Assembly: GCA_964408215.1 (NCBI GenBank)
Contig: CAYOYQ010000002.1
Location: 1-43,002 of the forward strand
Reading direction: 5' to 3'
Source: an uncultured Eubacteriales bacterium
GTDB lineage: Bacteria; Acidobacteriota; Aminicenantia; Aminicenantales; Saccharicenantaceae
DNA: 43,002 bases
Below, in pieces: positions 32,260-39,902 of this stretch. The position numbers were made by a program, and so were the translations under genes. The notes under the pieces were generated by a model. That model searched no databases. It saw nothing but the letters and a program-made list of their open reading frames with translations, and was not told the origin of the DNA. How positions within the stretch are numbered: the stretch's first letter is position 1; each line of letters opens with the position of its first letter.

Positions 32260-33072
32260 TCAGCGGCGTTTCGAGCCGTGGACGAAGTCGCCGATACGCC
32301 GCACCCGGTCCATTTCGTCCACCGACAAAGGCCCTGACTCGAGAACGGCCAGGTTCTCGCGCATCTGCTCGACCGTCTTCGCCCCCGACATGCAGACGTC
32401 GATCGCGGGGTTCGACAGGACGAAGCGGTAGCACTCGGCGGCCGTCAGCGGCTTCTCGCCCGGCGGCATCTTCTTCGCTCTGAGGAGCTGCCCCCAGCGG
32501 GTCGCGGTGAAGGCCACCGTCCCGGGCCGCTTCCCCGTCTCCTTGGGCAGGAAGGGGAAGATGTCCTCCTCCGCGCCGGGGTGGGCGGCGCTGTAGCGGA
32601 GGTGAAAGACGTCGAACGGCCCCTCCGCCGCGAGCTTCCCCAGGAGCTTGCGGTCGTGGCTCGAGAGCCCGATGAAACGCACCAGGCCCTTCTCCTTCAT
32701 CGCGAGCGCCCCGTCGATGAGCCGGCGCGGCACCTTGCGCGAGAAATACCCGAGAATGAGGACGTCGGCGTGATCGAGGCCGGCGCTCTTCAGGCCCCGC
32801 CGCAGGAGCCGTTCGGTCAGGGTGTTGTTGTGGGCGTAAGTGACTGCGGCCAGGACCAACTTGTCCCGCTGGCCCTTGGCCACGATGTTCCCGAGCGCCT
32901 CGCGCATTCCGGGCGCGTAGCCCTTGATGACCGTGCCCCAGGTGAAGTAGTTCGAGCCGCGCTCGAAGGCTTCCTCGATGGCCGCCGCGGGCGCCCCGTA
33001 GCCCGAGGCCATGCCCAGGCGGCCGACCTTCAATCCTGTCCGTCCCAGCACGACCGGCTCGTTGAATGTCAT
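32260..33072 (-). CDS. Aldo/keto reductase family oxidoreductase
   Basis: The pattern is LGRTGLKVGRLGMASGYG...RFIGLSSHD...; the start is ATG 33072, and it overlaps the upstream gene by 4 nt. Confidence 0.8.
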   Translation of the reverse strand: MTFNEPVVLGRTGLKVGRLGMASGYGAPAAAIEEAFERGSNYFTWGTVIKGYAPGMREALGNIVAKGQRDKLVLAAVTYAHNNTLTERLLRRGLKSAGLDHADVLILGYFSRKVPRRLIDGALAMKEKGLVRFIGLSSHDRKLLGKLAAEGPFDVFHLRYSAAHPGAEEDIFPFLPKETGKRPGTVAFTATRWGQLLRAKKMPPGEKPLTAAECYRFVLSNPAIDVCMSGAKTVEQMRENLAVLESGPLSVDEMDRVRRIGDFVHGSKRR

Positions 33073-33809
33073 GGTGTTCCTACCTCCAGATCGTCCAACC
33101 ATTCCTCGATGGCCCGCAAGTGGAGGTCGATCGCTTCCTCGACCCCGGCCGGCACCGGGATGCCCTTTGCGGCGCAGAACGCGGCGAGCGATGCGTCGAT
33201 GTCTTGCCACGAGGAGAGCGGCGAGCGGTCGGCTTCCTCCGCCGCTCCGGCCGCGACCTCCCCTCCCTCGGTCGTCGTTTCGCCCTTGCTCCCCTCTCCC
33301 GGCTTGCCCGCCTCGCTCACTTCGATCTTGCTATGGATGTCGAGCCGGTCGAGCAAGCCCAGCATGCGCCCGTAAAGCTCGCCGTAGCGGCGCGACCATT
33401 CGATATAGGGCGCGACGCCCTGCAACTCGAGGAAGGTCTCGATCGTCCCGTCCGCCCCGAACTCCCCCTTGCAGCCTTCCTCCTTTGCGAACCGGGCGAA
33501 CTTCTCAACGCCATCCTTGTCCACCGACCGTCCCAGGGGATAGAGGCGGCAGACGAGGGGCCGCCGCGGATGGACCCGGCAGCCTCCGCCCTCCGTCACG
33601 AAGACGCAGCGGCCGTCGGGCCCGTTCCTGAGCGTCGTCCCGCCGTTGTCGGTGCAGCTGGCGAGGAATTCGGTCGTGGTGATCCCCAGGACACGGGACA
33701 TCCCCAGGATCTCGTGGGGCCCGGCCATAATGACCTTGCCGGAGCAGCAGCGGCCGCAGGCCCGGCAGGCAAAGGAGAAGGGCGTCCGGCGGTCGAGCGA
33801 GAAATCCAA
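33069..33809 (-). CDS. YkgJ-family (CxxCxxCC) cysteine-cluster protein with an acidic low-complexity insert
   Basis: The motifs are CRACGRCCSG followed by CVF...GGCRVHPRRPLVCRLYP. The only available start is TTG 33809, 10 nt after the upstream stop. Confidence 0.7.
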   Translation of the reverse strand: MDFSLDRRTPFSFACRACGRCCSGKVIMAGPHEILGMSRVLGITTTEFLASCTDNGGTTLRNGPDGRCVFVTEGGGCRVHPRRPLVCRLYPLGRSVDKDGVEKFARFAKEEGCKGEFGADGTIETFLELQGVAPYIEWSRRYGELYGRMLGLLDRLDIHSKIEVSEAGKPGEGSKGETTTEGGEVAAGAAEEADRSPLSSWQDIDASLAAFCAAKGIPVPAGVEEAIDLHLRAIEEWLDDLEVGTP

Positions 33810-33819
33810 ATCCGCGGCT

Positions 33820-34164
33820 CTAGTGTTTGCCCTGGATCGCGCCCAGGTTCCTCAGGAGCTGGCCGGACCGGAAGAGCTTGATCTCGACGGTCGCGTTGGC
33901 GTCGGCGGCGAGATGCTTGGCGACCGTGGCCGGGATGGCCTGGGAGTGCAGGAGCGTCGAGCCCGCATACCACTTGAGCTCGGCCTTGCTCCACTCCGAC
34001 ATCTCGTACTTGTGCTTCTCCGTCAGATCGCCCTTGTTCTGGACCTTGGTGCCGCTCTGGCCCCCCTGAAGGAATCCGAACGAGGTGCAGAACGCCGCGG
34101 CCGTGCCGGCGAGCTTGAGGACATCGCGCCGGCTGACCGTTTCCCGTTCTTTTTTGTCTCCCAT
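33820..34164 (-). CDS. Small Tat-signal protein, hypothetical
   Basis: VSRRDVLKLAGTAAAFCTSFG is a twin-arginine motif. I recognise no family for the mature part of about 80 aa. Confidence 0.6.
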   Translation of the reverse strand: MGDKKERETVSRRDVLKLAGTAAAFCTSFGFLQGGQSGTKVQNKGDLTEKHKYEMSEWSKAELKWYAGSTLLHSQAIPATVAKHLAADANATVEIKLFRSGQLLRNLGAIQGKH

Positions 34165-34233
34165 GGCCCCATGCTAAGTCCGCGCGGCGGCGTTTGTCAA
34201 GCGGACCGCCCTTCCCCGCCCTCCGCCTCTCCC

Positions 34234-35439
34234 CTACTCGAGGTCGGGATAGAGCCGCCTGAAGTCCGCGTCCCACCTGAACTTGGCCAGGAACTGGGCC
34301 CTGGTGAAGATCTTCTTCTTGATCTCAGCGTTCGGCAGGAAGGCGACGGCTTCGGCCAGGTTCTCGTCGGTGATGAAGAGGGGGTCCACGGCGCACCCTT
34401 CGTACTCCGCGAACGGCTTCTGGAAGACGTAGCCGTCGCAGAAGTCCTCGAAAAAGAACCGCGGCCGCCCCCGGGAATAGACCGCCTTCGGGGCGGTGAG
34501 CCGGCCGAAGGGCGACCCTTTCACGTCGAAACCCGCGCGCCTCGGCCCGATCTCTTTCATGAGCGCGTCGACGGCGCCGCCGACCGGATAATCGAAGCTC
34601 TTGGGCCCCTCGACCGTCTCCCAAGGATAATGGAGGCAGATATTGAAGGCCCGGCCGCGGATGATCCGGTAGATCAATTGACCCATTGTATGGGCGTCGA
34701 ACCCGGTGACCATCTTCCTTTTAAAATCATAGACGGGAAAGGGGAACCGCGTCGAGGCGTGATACTGGCCGGCGTACACCAGCGCCTTCCGGCCTTTCTT
34801 CACGAACTCGCGGATGACGACATCGGCCATGTGGCGGTCGCGGCCGCCCTTGACGAAGACGCGCTTCAGCAGCCGCTTGCGGCTCATCTTCTCTTCTAGC
34901 CTATCCCAGCGGGGCCGGTAGTCGAGGCCGACGATCCTGAACTTCGGGGCGCCCGGCGCGAGGACCCGGTTGAGTTCCCAGGCCGCCCGGTACAGACCCA
35001 GGTATTCGACATACGGCCAGTAGCTCCCCCACTGGAACACCAGCCGGCGGGCCCGGTTCTCGTCGTAGGTCTCCGCCGTGACTAGGGCGTCGGCCTCTGC
35101 CTGGAGCTCGTAGCAGCCGAACTCGATCGCGAGGTCCGTGACGCCGCGCCGGTAGAGCGCGGGGATCAGGGCCTGGACGAACTCGGCGTCGTGCTTGATG
35201 AAGTGGTGTTCGCCGAGGAAGACGATGTCGTAATCCGCGAACTTGGAGGCGACGTATTCCTCGGGCGCTAGCCCCTTCGCCTCGAGGTATCTCTCGAGCT
35301 TGTCCTTGAGGCCTGGAGAGATCTCCGCCGGCGGCCGTTTCTCGGGGAAACGCGCGGCAGAGGGGGCCACGGCGGCGACGGTGAGAGGGAGGGCGAGGGA
35401 GAGGGCCGGGACGAGGGCCAGGACGCGGATGTGTCGCAT
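34234..35439 (-). CDS. Exported ChaN/Tiki-superfamily-like protein (function uncertain)
   Basis: The signal peptide is MRHIRVLALVPALSLALPLTVAAVA. YDIVFLGEHHFIKHDAEFVQAL...LAIEFG resembles the ChaN haem-binding / erythromycin-esterase-like fold signature. Confidence 0.55.
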   Translation of the reverse strand: MRHIRVLALVPALSLALPLTVAAVAPSAARFPEKRPPAEISPGLKDKLERYLEAKGLAPEEYVASKFADYDIVFLGEHHFIKHDAEFVQALIPALYRRGVTDLAIEFGCYELQAEADALVTAETYDENRARRLVFQWGSYWPYVEYLGLYRAAWELNRVLAPGAPKFRIVGLDYRPRWDRLEEKMSRKRLLKRVFVKGGRDRHMADVVIREFVKKGRKALVYAGQYHASTRFPFPVYDFKRKMVTGFDAHTMGQLIYRIIRGRAFNICLHYPWETVEGPKSFDYPVGGAVDALMKEIGPRRAGFDVKGSPFGRLTAPKAVYSRGRPRFFFEDFCDGYVFQKPFAEYEGCAVDPLFITDENLAEAVAFLPNAEIKKKIFTRAQFLAKFRWDADFRRLYPDLE

Positions 35440-35597
35440 CTCCGAACCTCCCCCGATACCCGACTCCAATCTAGTCCCGAGCCGGAGCGATGTCAATCGG
35501 CCGGACGCGCGAGCCGCACGCCGGACGGCCGTCTCGCGACGAAGCGATTGACAACGGCCCCGCACCCCGTTCTATGATGACGCCGAGGGAGGGGACC

Positions 35598-36716
35598 ATG
35601 GAGAACGATACCCGCGTCGACCCGGGTCCGGCATTCGAAGGCGAAGAGTCCTTCATCAGGAACATCCATCGGCTGTTCTTCAGGCCCAGGACCTTTTTCG
35701 CCGGCATCGGGGCGCCGAAAAAGCGCGTCTGGCTGTATCTCTTCGCCTTCGCCTACAGCCTGGCCGCCGCCATCGACAGGTCCGGATTCAGCTCGATGCA
35801 GGGGACGGCGCCGGCGGCCTCCTGGGCCGCGCATTGGGGGTTCGTCGGCGGGGCGGCATTCATCGGGATGTTCATCGTTCTTTACGCCGGCGGCGCGTGG
35901 TACCGCTTCCGCCTGGGCCTCTGCGGCGTCCAGATCAAGGACGATAACCAGGTCAAGATGGTCTATCTCAGCGCCGCCCAGGTCTATGCCCTGCCCATGA
36001 TCGCCGTGGCCCTCTTCGAATCACTTCTTTTCCGGAACCCAGGCACCGCGGCCGTGAAGAGCCCTTCTTGGCTGGGCCCGGCCATGCTCGTCTTCCTCTT
36101 CTGGTCGATCTACACGAGTTACATGGGGGTCCGGACCGTCTTCAAGCCCAAGAAGGCCGCAGCCGTTCTTTGGTTCCTCGCCGGGCCGGCCGCGCTTTAC
36201 GTCATCATGTTCGGGGGGATGGTCTGGCTAACCCTGTCGGGGTCAGCGCTCCTGCCGGGGCCCGCCGCCGACACCGCGCACCCGCAGGAGTTCTCCAACG
36301 GCGAAATCGCCTTCTCCTACCCGGCCAATTGGAAGGTCACAGAGAAGGAGGCGACCGCCGAAGCCACGGCCCAAGTCCAGGTCAAGCCGGTCCAGGACGC
36401 GTTGATCATCTTCTCCTTTTTCCCTCCCCAGGGAAGCGCGGCCGCACACCTCGAAGGCTGGTCGAACCTCTATAAGGAAGAATTGAAGAACTACGAGGAA
36501 ATCGGATTTTTTGGCGAGTGGGGCAGCCTCAAGGGTGAGGGCCGGGTGATCACGGGCATCTCGGGGCTGAAGGAGTACGAGGCCCGCGGTTTCTTCGCCC
36601 CGATCGCCGATGACAGGTATCTCATGGTCGTCCAGGCCCTGCAGCGGTCCTTAGCGGACAAGGTCCAGCCCGGCTTCGACCTCATCCGCGGGACCTTCCG
36701 GTGCCTCCGCTGGTAA
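35598..36716 (+). CDS. Multi-pass membrane protein (Yip1-like N-terminal region) with a C-terminal extracytoplasmic domain
   Basis: The RBS is GGGAGGGG. About five hydrophobic helices are followed by a soluble C-terminal part of about 150 aa. The family assignment is tentative. Confidence 0.55.
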   Translation: MENDTRVDPGPAFEGEESFIRNIHRLFFRPRTFFAGIGAPKKRVWLYLFAFAYSLAAAIDRSGFSSMQGTAPAASWAAHWGFVGGAAFIGMFIVLYAGGAWYRFRLGLCGVQIKDDNQVKMVYLSAAQVYALPMIAVALFESLLFRNPGTAAVKSPSWLGPAMLVFLFWSIYTSYMGVRTVFKPKKAAAVLWFLAGPAALYVIMFGGMVWLTLSGSALLPGPAADTAHPQEFSNGEIAFSYPANWKVTEKEATAEATAQVQVKPVQDALIIFSFFPPQGSAAAHLEGWSNLYKEELKNYEEIGFFGEWGSLKGEGRVITGISGLKEYEARGFFAPIADDRYLMVVQALQRSLADKVQPGFDLIRGTFRCLRW

Positions 36717-36738
36717 GGCTTTCTCTCCGCCCGCGCGG

Positions 36739-36767
36739 TTGACTCCACGCGGGCAGGCAAGTAATAT
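36739..36767 (+). promoter_or_regulatory. Candidate sigma70-type promoter of ndk
   Basis: The sequence is TTGACT (36739-36744), 17 nt, TAATAT (36762-36767). Confidence 0.45.
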
Positions 36768-36798
36768 CGGGGGGCGATCTTATTTCAAGGAGCCTCCC

Positions 36799-37203
36799 AT
36801 GGACCGGACCCTGGCCATCATCAAGCCCGACGCCACGAAGAAGCGGATCATCGGCAAGATCCTCGACCGCATCGAGGAGGAGGGCTTCACCATCGTCGAG
36901 ATGCGCCTGGCCCGCCTGACCAAGGACGAGGCCAAGGGCTTCTACATCGTCCACAAGGACAAGGGCTTCTACGACAGCCTGTGCGAGTTCATGTCCTCGG
37001 GCCCGGTCGTGCTCATGGTCCTCGAGGCCGAGAACGCGATCCGCCTCTGGCGCGACGTCATGGGCGCCACCGACCCGGCCCAGGCCAAGCCCGGCACCCT
37101 GCGCCGCACCTACGGCTTCTCGATCGAGCGCAACGCCACGCACGGCTCCGACGCCCGCGAGACGGCCGAGTGGGAGATCGCCTACTTCTTCAAGAAGAAA
37201 TAG
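36799..37203 (+). CDS. ndk: Nucleoside diphosphate kinase
   Basis: Motifs are MDRTLAIIKPDA and NATHGSD (the active-site His context). The RBS is AAGGAG. Confidence 0.9.
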   Translation: MDRTLAIIKPDATKKRIIGKILDRIEEEGFTIVEMRLARLTKDEAKGFYIVHKDKGFYDSLCEFMSSGPVVLMVLEAENAIRLWRDVMGATDPAQAKPGTLRRTYGFSIERNATHGSDARETAEWEIAYFFKKK

Positions 37204-37206
37204 CCG

Positions 37207-38523
37207 CTAGCGCCCGGCCGCGGGCTCGGCGACGAACGCCGCGCCGTTCCAGTAATTGATGCCGGCCAGGATCATCTGCTCGTAGGAGCCATCGAGGACC
37301 GACGTGATCTTGCCGGCCTTGACGCCCGCCTCGTGGCCCAATCGGAAGCCGTGGCCCCAGCTCACCTGAAGGGCCGCGAGGTCGAAGCCGAAGTCGATCC
37401 ACAGGCCCTCGGTATATGTCGTTCGGATCCACTTATTGTCTTCGATGATATCGACGCTCTGGAAGCCTGAAACGTAGTAGCCGAGCGATCCGGAGACGTC
37501 CAGGTAGGGCGTGATCACGTAATAGAGCTCCGAGCCCGGGCCGATCCCCGGGCAGGCGTACTCGCCGGACTGGGGCGATCCGCCGCGGATCGCGCGGGTG
37601 TCGAACACGACGACGCAGCCGCCGCGGTACTGGTTGTTAACGCCGACGACGATGAGCTCCTCGCGGCCGTCGCCGTTGATGTCGTGGTAGGCGAGCTCCC
37701 TCAGGTAGCCGGCGTTCCAATACTCCCCGATGCGCTTCCCGTCGCAGTCGAGGACCGAGAGCTGGCAGGGCCAGTCCGGGGCGTGGAAGGCCTCGACCAC
37801 GATCTCGAGACGGCCGTCGCCGTCGTGGTCGTGGACGTTGAACCCGGCCAGCCGGAAGTCGGGCGAAAAGACGCTGCCGCCGCAGACGAGGGACCGGCCG
37901 GTCCGGTATTCCCAGAGCTTCACGCCCTTGCGGTCGAAGCAGTAGAGCCAGCCCTCGCCCGTCTGGTCGGATTCGCGCCGGGGGGCGAAGAGGACCTCCT
38001 TGTCGCCGTCGGCGTCGATGTCGCGGATGACGATGACCGGCAGGTAGTTGCCGACGCCTTTGTGGATGACCTGGAAATTCGCCTTGTAATAGCTCTCCCC
38101 GACCAGGTTCTCGTAGCCGGAATCCCAGCGCCAGAGCTCCCGGCCGTACTTGTCCTTGACGACGAGGACGGAGCCCTCGATCGAGAAGTCCGCCGGCTGG
38201 CGCTTCACCAGGATCCCCCCTTCGCGGAGGAAGGCGCCGGCCAGGACGATGAACGCGGCCCCCCCGAGGGCCCATTTCAGCCAGGGGCTCCGCTTTCCGA
38301 CCTTGAGGACGGCCGTGTCCGAGGCCTTGAACGTCCCCCGGAACCAGGCGTCGAGCTCGTCCTTGTAGGCGAAAACGGGGGATTTCTTCTCAGAGCCTTC
38401 GGCCCTGTGGACAGGCATGCCCCTCTGGTCCTCCCATCTATGGCAGGTCCGGACGTCGCACCCGAGGTAGGCGGCGATCTCCTTCCATGACCGGAGGAGG
38501 TTGTCCTGGGCGATCTCGCGCAT
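37207..38523 (-). CDS. Membrane-anchored protein: N-terminal excisionase/MerR-like HTH, one TM helix, extracytoplasmic FG-GAP-like beta-propeller
   Basis: The HTH_17-like region is LRSWKEIAAYLGCDVRTCHRWEDQRGMPVH...FAYKDELDAWF. The TM helix is WLKWALGGAAFIVLAGAFL. The repeats include IRDIDADGDKEVLF, VHDHDGDGRLEIVV and YHDINGDGREELIVV. Confidence 0.75.
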   Translation of the reverse strand: MREIAQDNLLRSWKEIAAYLGCDVRTCHRWEDQRGMPVHRAEGSEKKSPVFAYKDELDAWFRGTFKASDTAVLKVGKRSPWLKWALGGAAFIVLAGAFLREGGILVKRQPADFSIEGSVLVVKDKYGRELWRWDSGYENLVGESYYKANFQVIHKGVGNYLPVIVIRDIDADGDKEVLFAPRRESDQTGEGWLYCFDRKGVKLWEYRTGRSLVCGGSVFSPDFRLAGFNVHDHDGDGRLEIVVEAFHAPDWPCQLSVLDCDGKRIGEYWNAGYLRELAYHDINGDGREELIVVGVNNQYRGGCVVVFDTRAIRGGSPQSGEYACPGIGPGSELYYVITPYLDVSGSLGYYVSGFQSVDIIEDNKWIRTTYTEGLWIDFGFDLAALQVSWGHGFRLGHEAGVKAGKITSVLDGSYEQMILAGINYWNGAAFVAEPAAGR

Positions 38524-38544
38524 ATTAAAGCCTTGAAAGGGGAT

Positions 38545-38572
38545 ATTTTAGGCAAAAACGGGGGGGAGTCAA
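38545..38572 (-). promoter_or_regulatory. Candidate sigma70-type promoter of the HTH-TM-propeller gene
   Basis: The minus strand reads TTGACT (38572-38567), 16 nt, TAAAAT (38550-38545). It lies 22 nt upstream of ATG 38523. Confidence 0.4.
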
Positions 38573-38620
38573 ATAAAAACGGTCCTTGAATGAGAAAAAA
38601 CGTGCACCCCGAACGTTTTT
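38554..38620. repeat. Phased AAAAACG(G/T) repeats: three direct copies exactly 21 bp apart, plus one inverted copy
   Basis: Direct copies are AAAAACGG at 38554-38561, AAAAACGG at 38575-38582 and AAAAACGT at 38596-38603. The inverted copy is ACGTTTTT at 38613-38620. Confidence 0.7.
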
Positions 38621-38656
38621 ATTATAACAATACTCAGCGGACTGTGGCCGTCCCTT

Positions 38657-39208
38657 ATGGAATCGATCGGGAACAAAAGGAGAGAAGAGGAATTCGAACG
38701 GATCCTCGAGAACTACGCTCAGTTCCTGAACATCCACGTCAGGAAATACGACCTCCAAAAATACGGCCTGGATCCTGAGGATATCCTGCAGGATGTCCGG
38801 ATCAAGCTTTGGAAGCTCATCAACGACGAAAAGATGATCTTCAGCCCCGGGTCCTATCTCAAAAAGGTCATCGCGTCTTCGGTCGTCGACCACCTGCGCA
38901 AAGCCCGGCGGGAGGATGTTCTCCTGAGACACGAGAAGCAGAAGCACATCGCCGAGATCGGCCATTCCTACAGCAAGGAGGCCGCGCGCAAGAGGATGTT
39001 CGAGGAGACGGTCGGAAGGGCCGTCAGCCGCCTGATCCATTCGAGGCGCCAAGTCGTCAAGCTCTATCTGCTCAATTTCAGCGTTCAAGACATCTCGTCC
39101 TACATGAATTGGTCGGTGGATAAGACAAGGAACCTGCTCTATCGGGGTTTGGCCGACTTGAGGAAGTCACTCAAGGATCTGGAAGTCAGAGATGAAATCC
39201 GAAAATAG
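38657..39208 (+). CDS. ECF-type sigma-70 family sigma factor
   Basis: The region 2-like segment is DPEDILQDVRIKLWKLI...VVDHLRKARRE. The region 4-like segment is RRQVVKLYLLNFSVQDISSYMNWSVDKTRNLLYRGLADLRKSL. Confidence 0.85.
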   Translation: MESIGNKRREEEFERILENYAQFLNIHVRKYDLQKYGLDPEDILQDVRIKLWKLINDEKMIFSPGSYLKKVIASSVVDHLRKARREDVLLRHEKQKHIAEIGHSYSKEAARKRMFEETVGRAVSRLIHSRRQVVKLYLLNFSVQDISSYMNWSVDKTRNLLYRGLADLRKSLKDLEVRDEIRK

Positions 39209-39902
39209 GGACCTGAGAGACCTGTTCCAGGCCTTTGTCCGTTCGAAGGGGCCGGGAGACCGCAAGGACTGCCCATCCGTCCAGGACCTGGCCGACTCGT
39301 TCGACCCTAAGGCCTCGAGGAGAAAGAAAAAGAAGATCATCGATCACTTGTCCGAATGCGGCGATTGTCGTGAGGAATTCCGTCTCTATCTCGAGCTCAA
39401 CAATTTCGGCGATGATCGCCGGATGGACCTGGCTCCCGCCCTATCAAAGAAGGTATCCCGGGCCCCGCATCTCTCCTCGGTAGCTCTTTGGAGATACGCG
39501 GTCATCGCAGTGGCGCTCGGTCTCGTCGTCGCCGGGCTTGTCCTCTTGAGGAAGGGCGAGATCCCCGAGGTCGAACGAAACCCCGCCGAGCGAGGTATTG
39601 TTCTCGTCGAGCCCCTCTCCGGGACCATCCGGCCGGATGGCACCGTCTTCCGATGGAGAGAGCTCGTGTCGGCTCAGCATTACCTCCTCGAGTTGTTTGA
39701 CGAAACCCTATTGCCGGTCTGGGTCAGCCCGCCCCTCCGCAAAACGGAGACCAGGCTTCCGGAGGATATCGCCCGGGCATTGAAGGCAGGGGCCTCCTAT
39801 TTTTGGATGGTTTCTGGCTATTCCGAGTCGTCGAGGATCGCGGAATCGCGATTGGCCCGCTTCGAGGTCACCGAAGGTCCACAGCGTCCGGATCGCCGAT
39901 AA
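39192..39902 (+). CDS. ZAS-type anti-sigma factor, single TM, extracytoplasmic domain of about 120 aa
   Basis: It overlaps the sigma gene by 17 nt. HLSECGDC is the HxxxCxxC motif, with an upstream Cys. The TM helix is WRYAVIAVALGLVVAGLVLL. Confidence 0.7.
   Translation: MKSENRDLRDLFQAFVRSKGPGDRKDCPSVQDLADSFDPKASRRKKKKIIDHLSECGDCREEFRLYLELNNFGDDRRMDLAPALSKKVSRAPHLSSVALWRYAVIAVALGLVVAGLVLLRKGEIPEVERNPAERGIVLVEPLSGTIRPDGTVFRWRELVSAQHYLLELFDETLLPVWVSPPLRKTETRLPEDIARALKAGASYFWMVSGYSESSRIAESRLARFEVTEGPQRPDRR

Noticed and set aside
38554-38620. A CRISPR-like or tandem-repeat array.
   Set aside because: The repeats are only 8 nt with 13-nt gaps, number three to four copies, and have no cas genes nearby. 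This pattern fits operator or A-tract phasing, not CRISPR. No other regularly spaced repeats of 20 nt or longer were seen anywhere in the window.
38590-38778. A 62-aa plus-strand ORF starting in the sigma-gene upstream region, along with other short intergenic ORFs (21996-22067, 30686-30751, 31331-31444).
   Set aside because: They have no Shine-Dalgarno, no GC3 coding bias, basic low-complexity products, and they overlap better-supported genes or promoters. They contrast with the 27566-27715 ORF, which passes all three tests.
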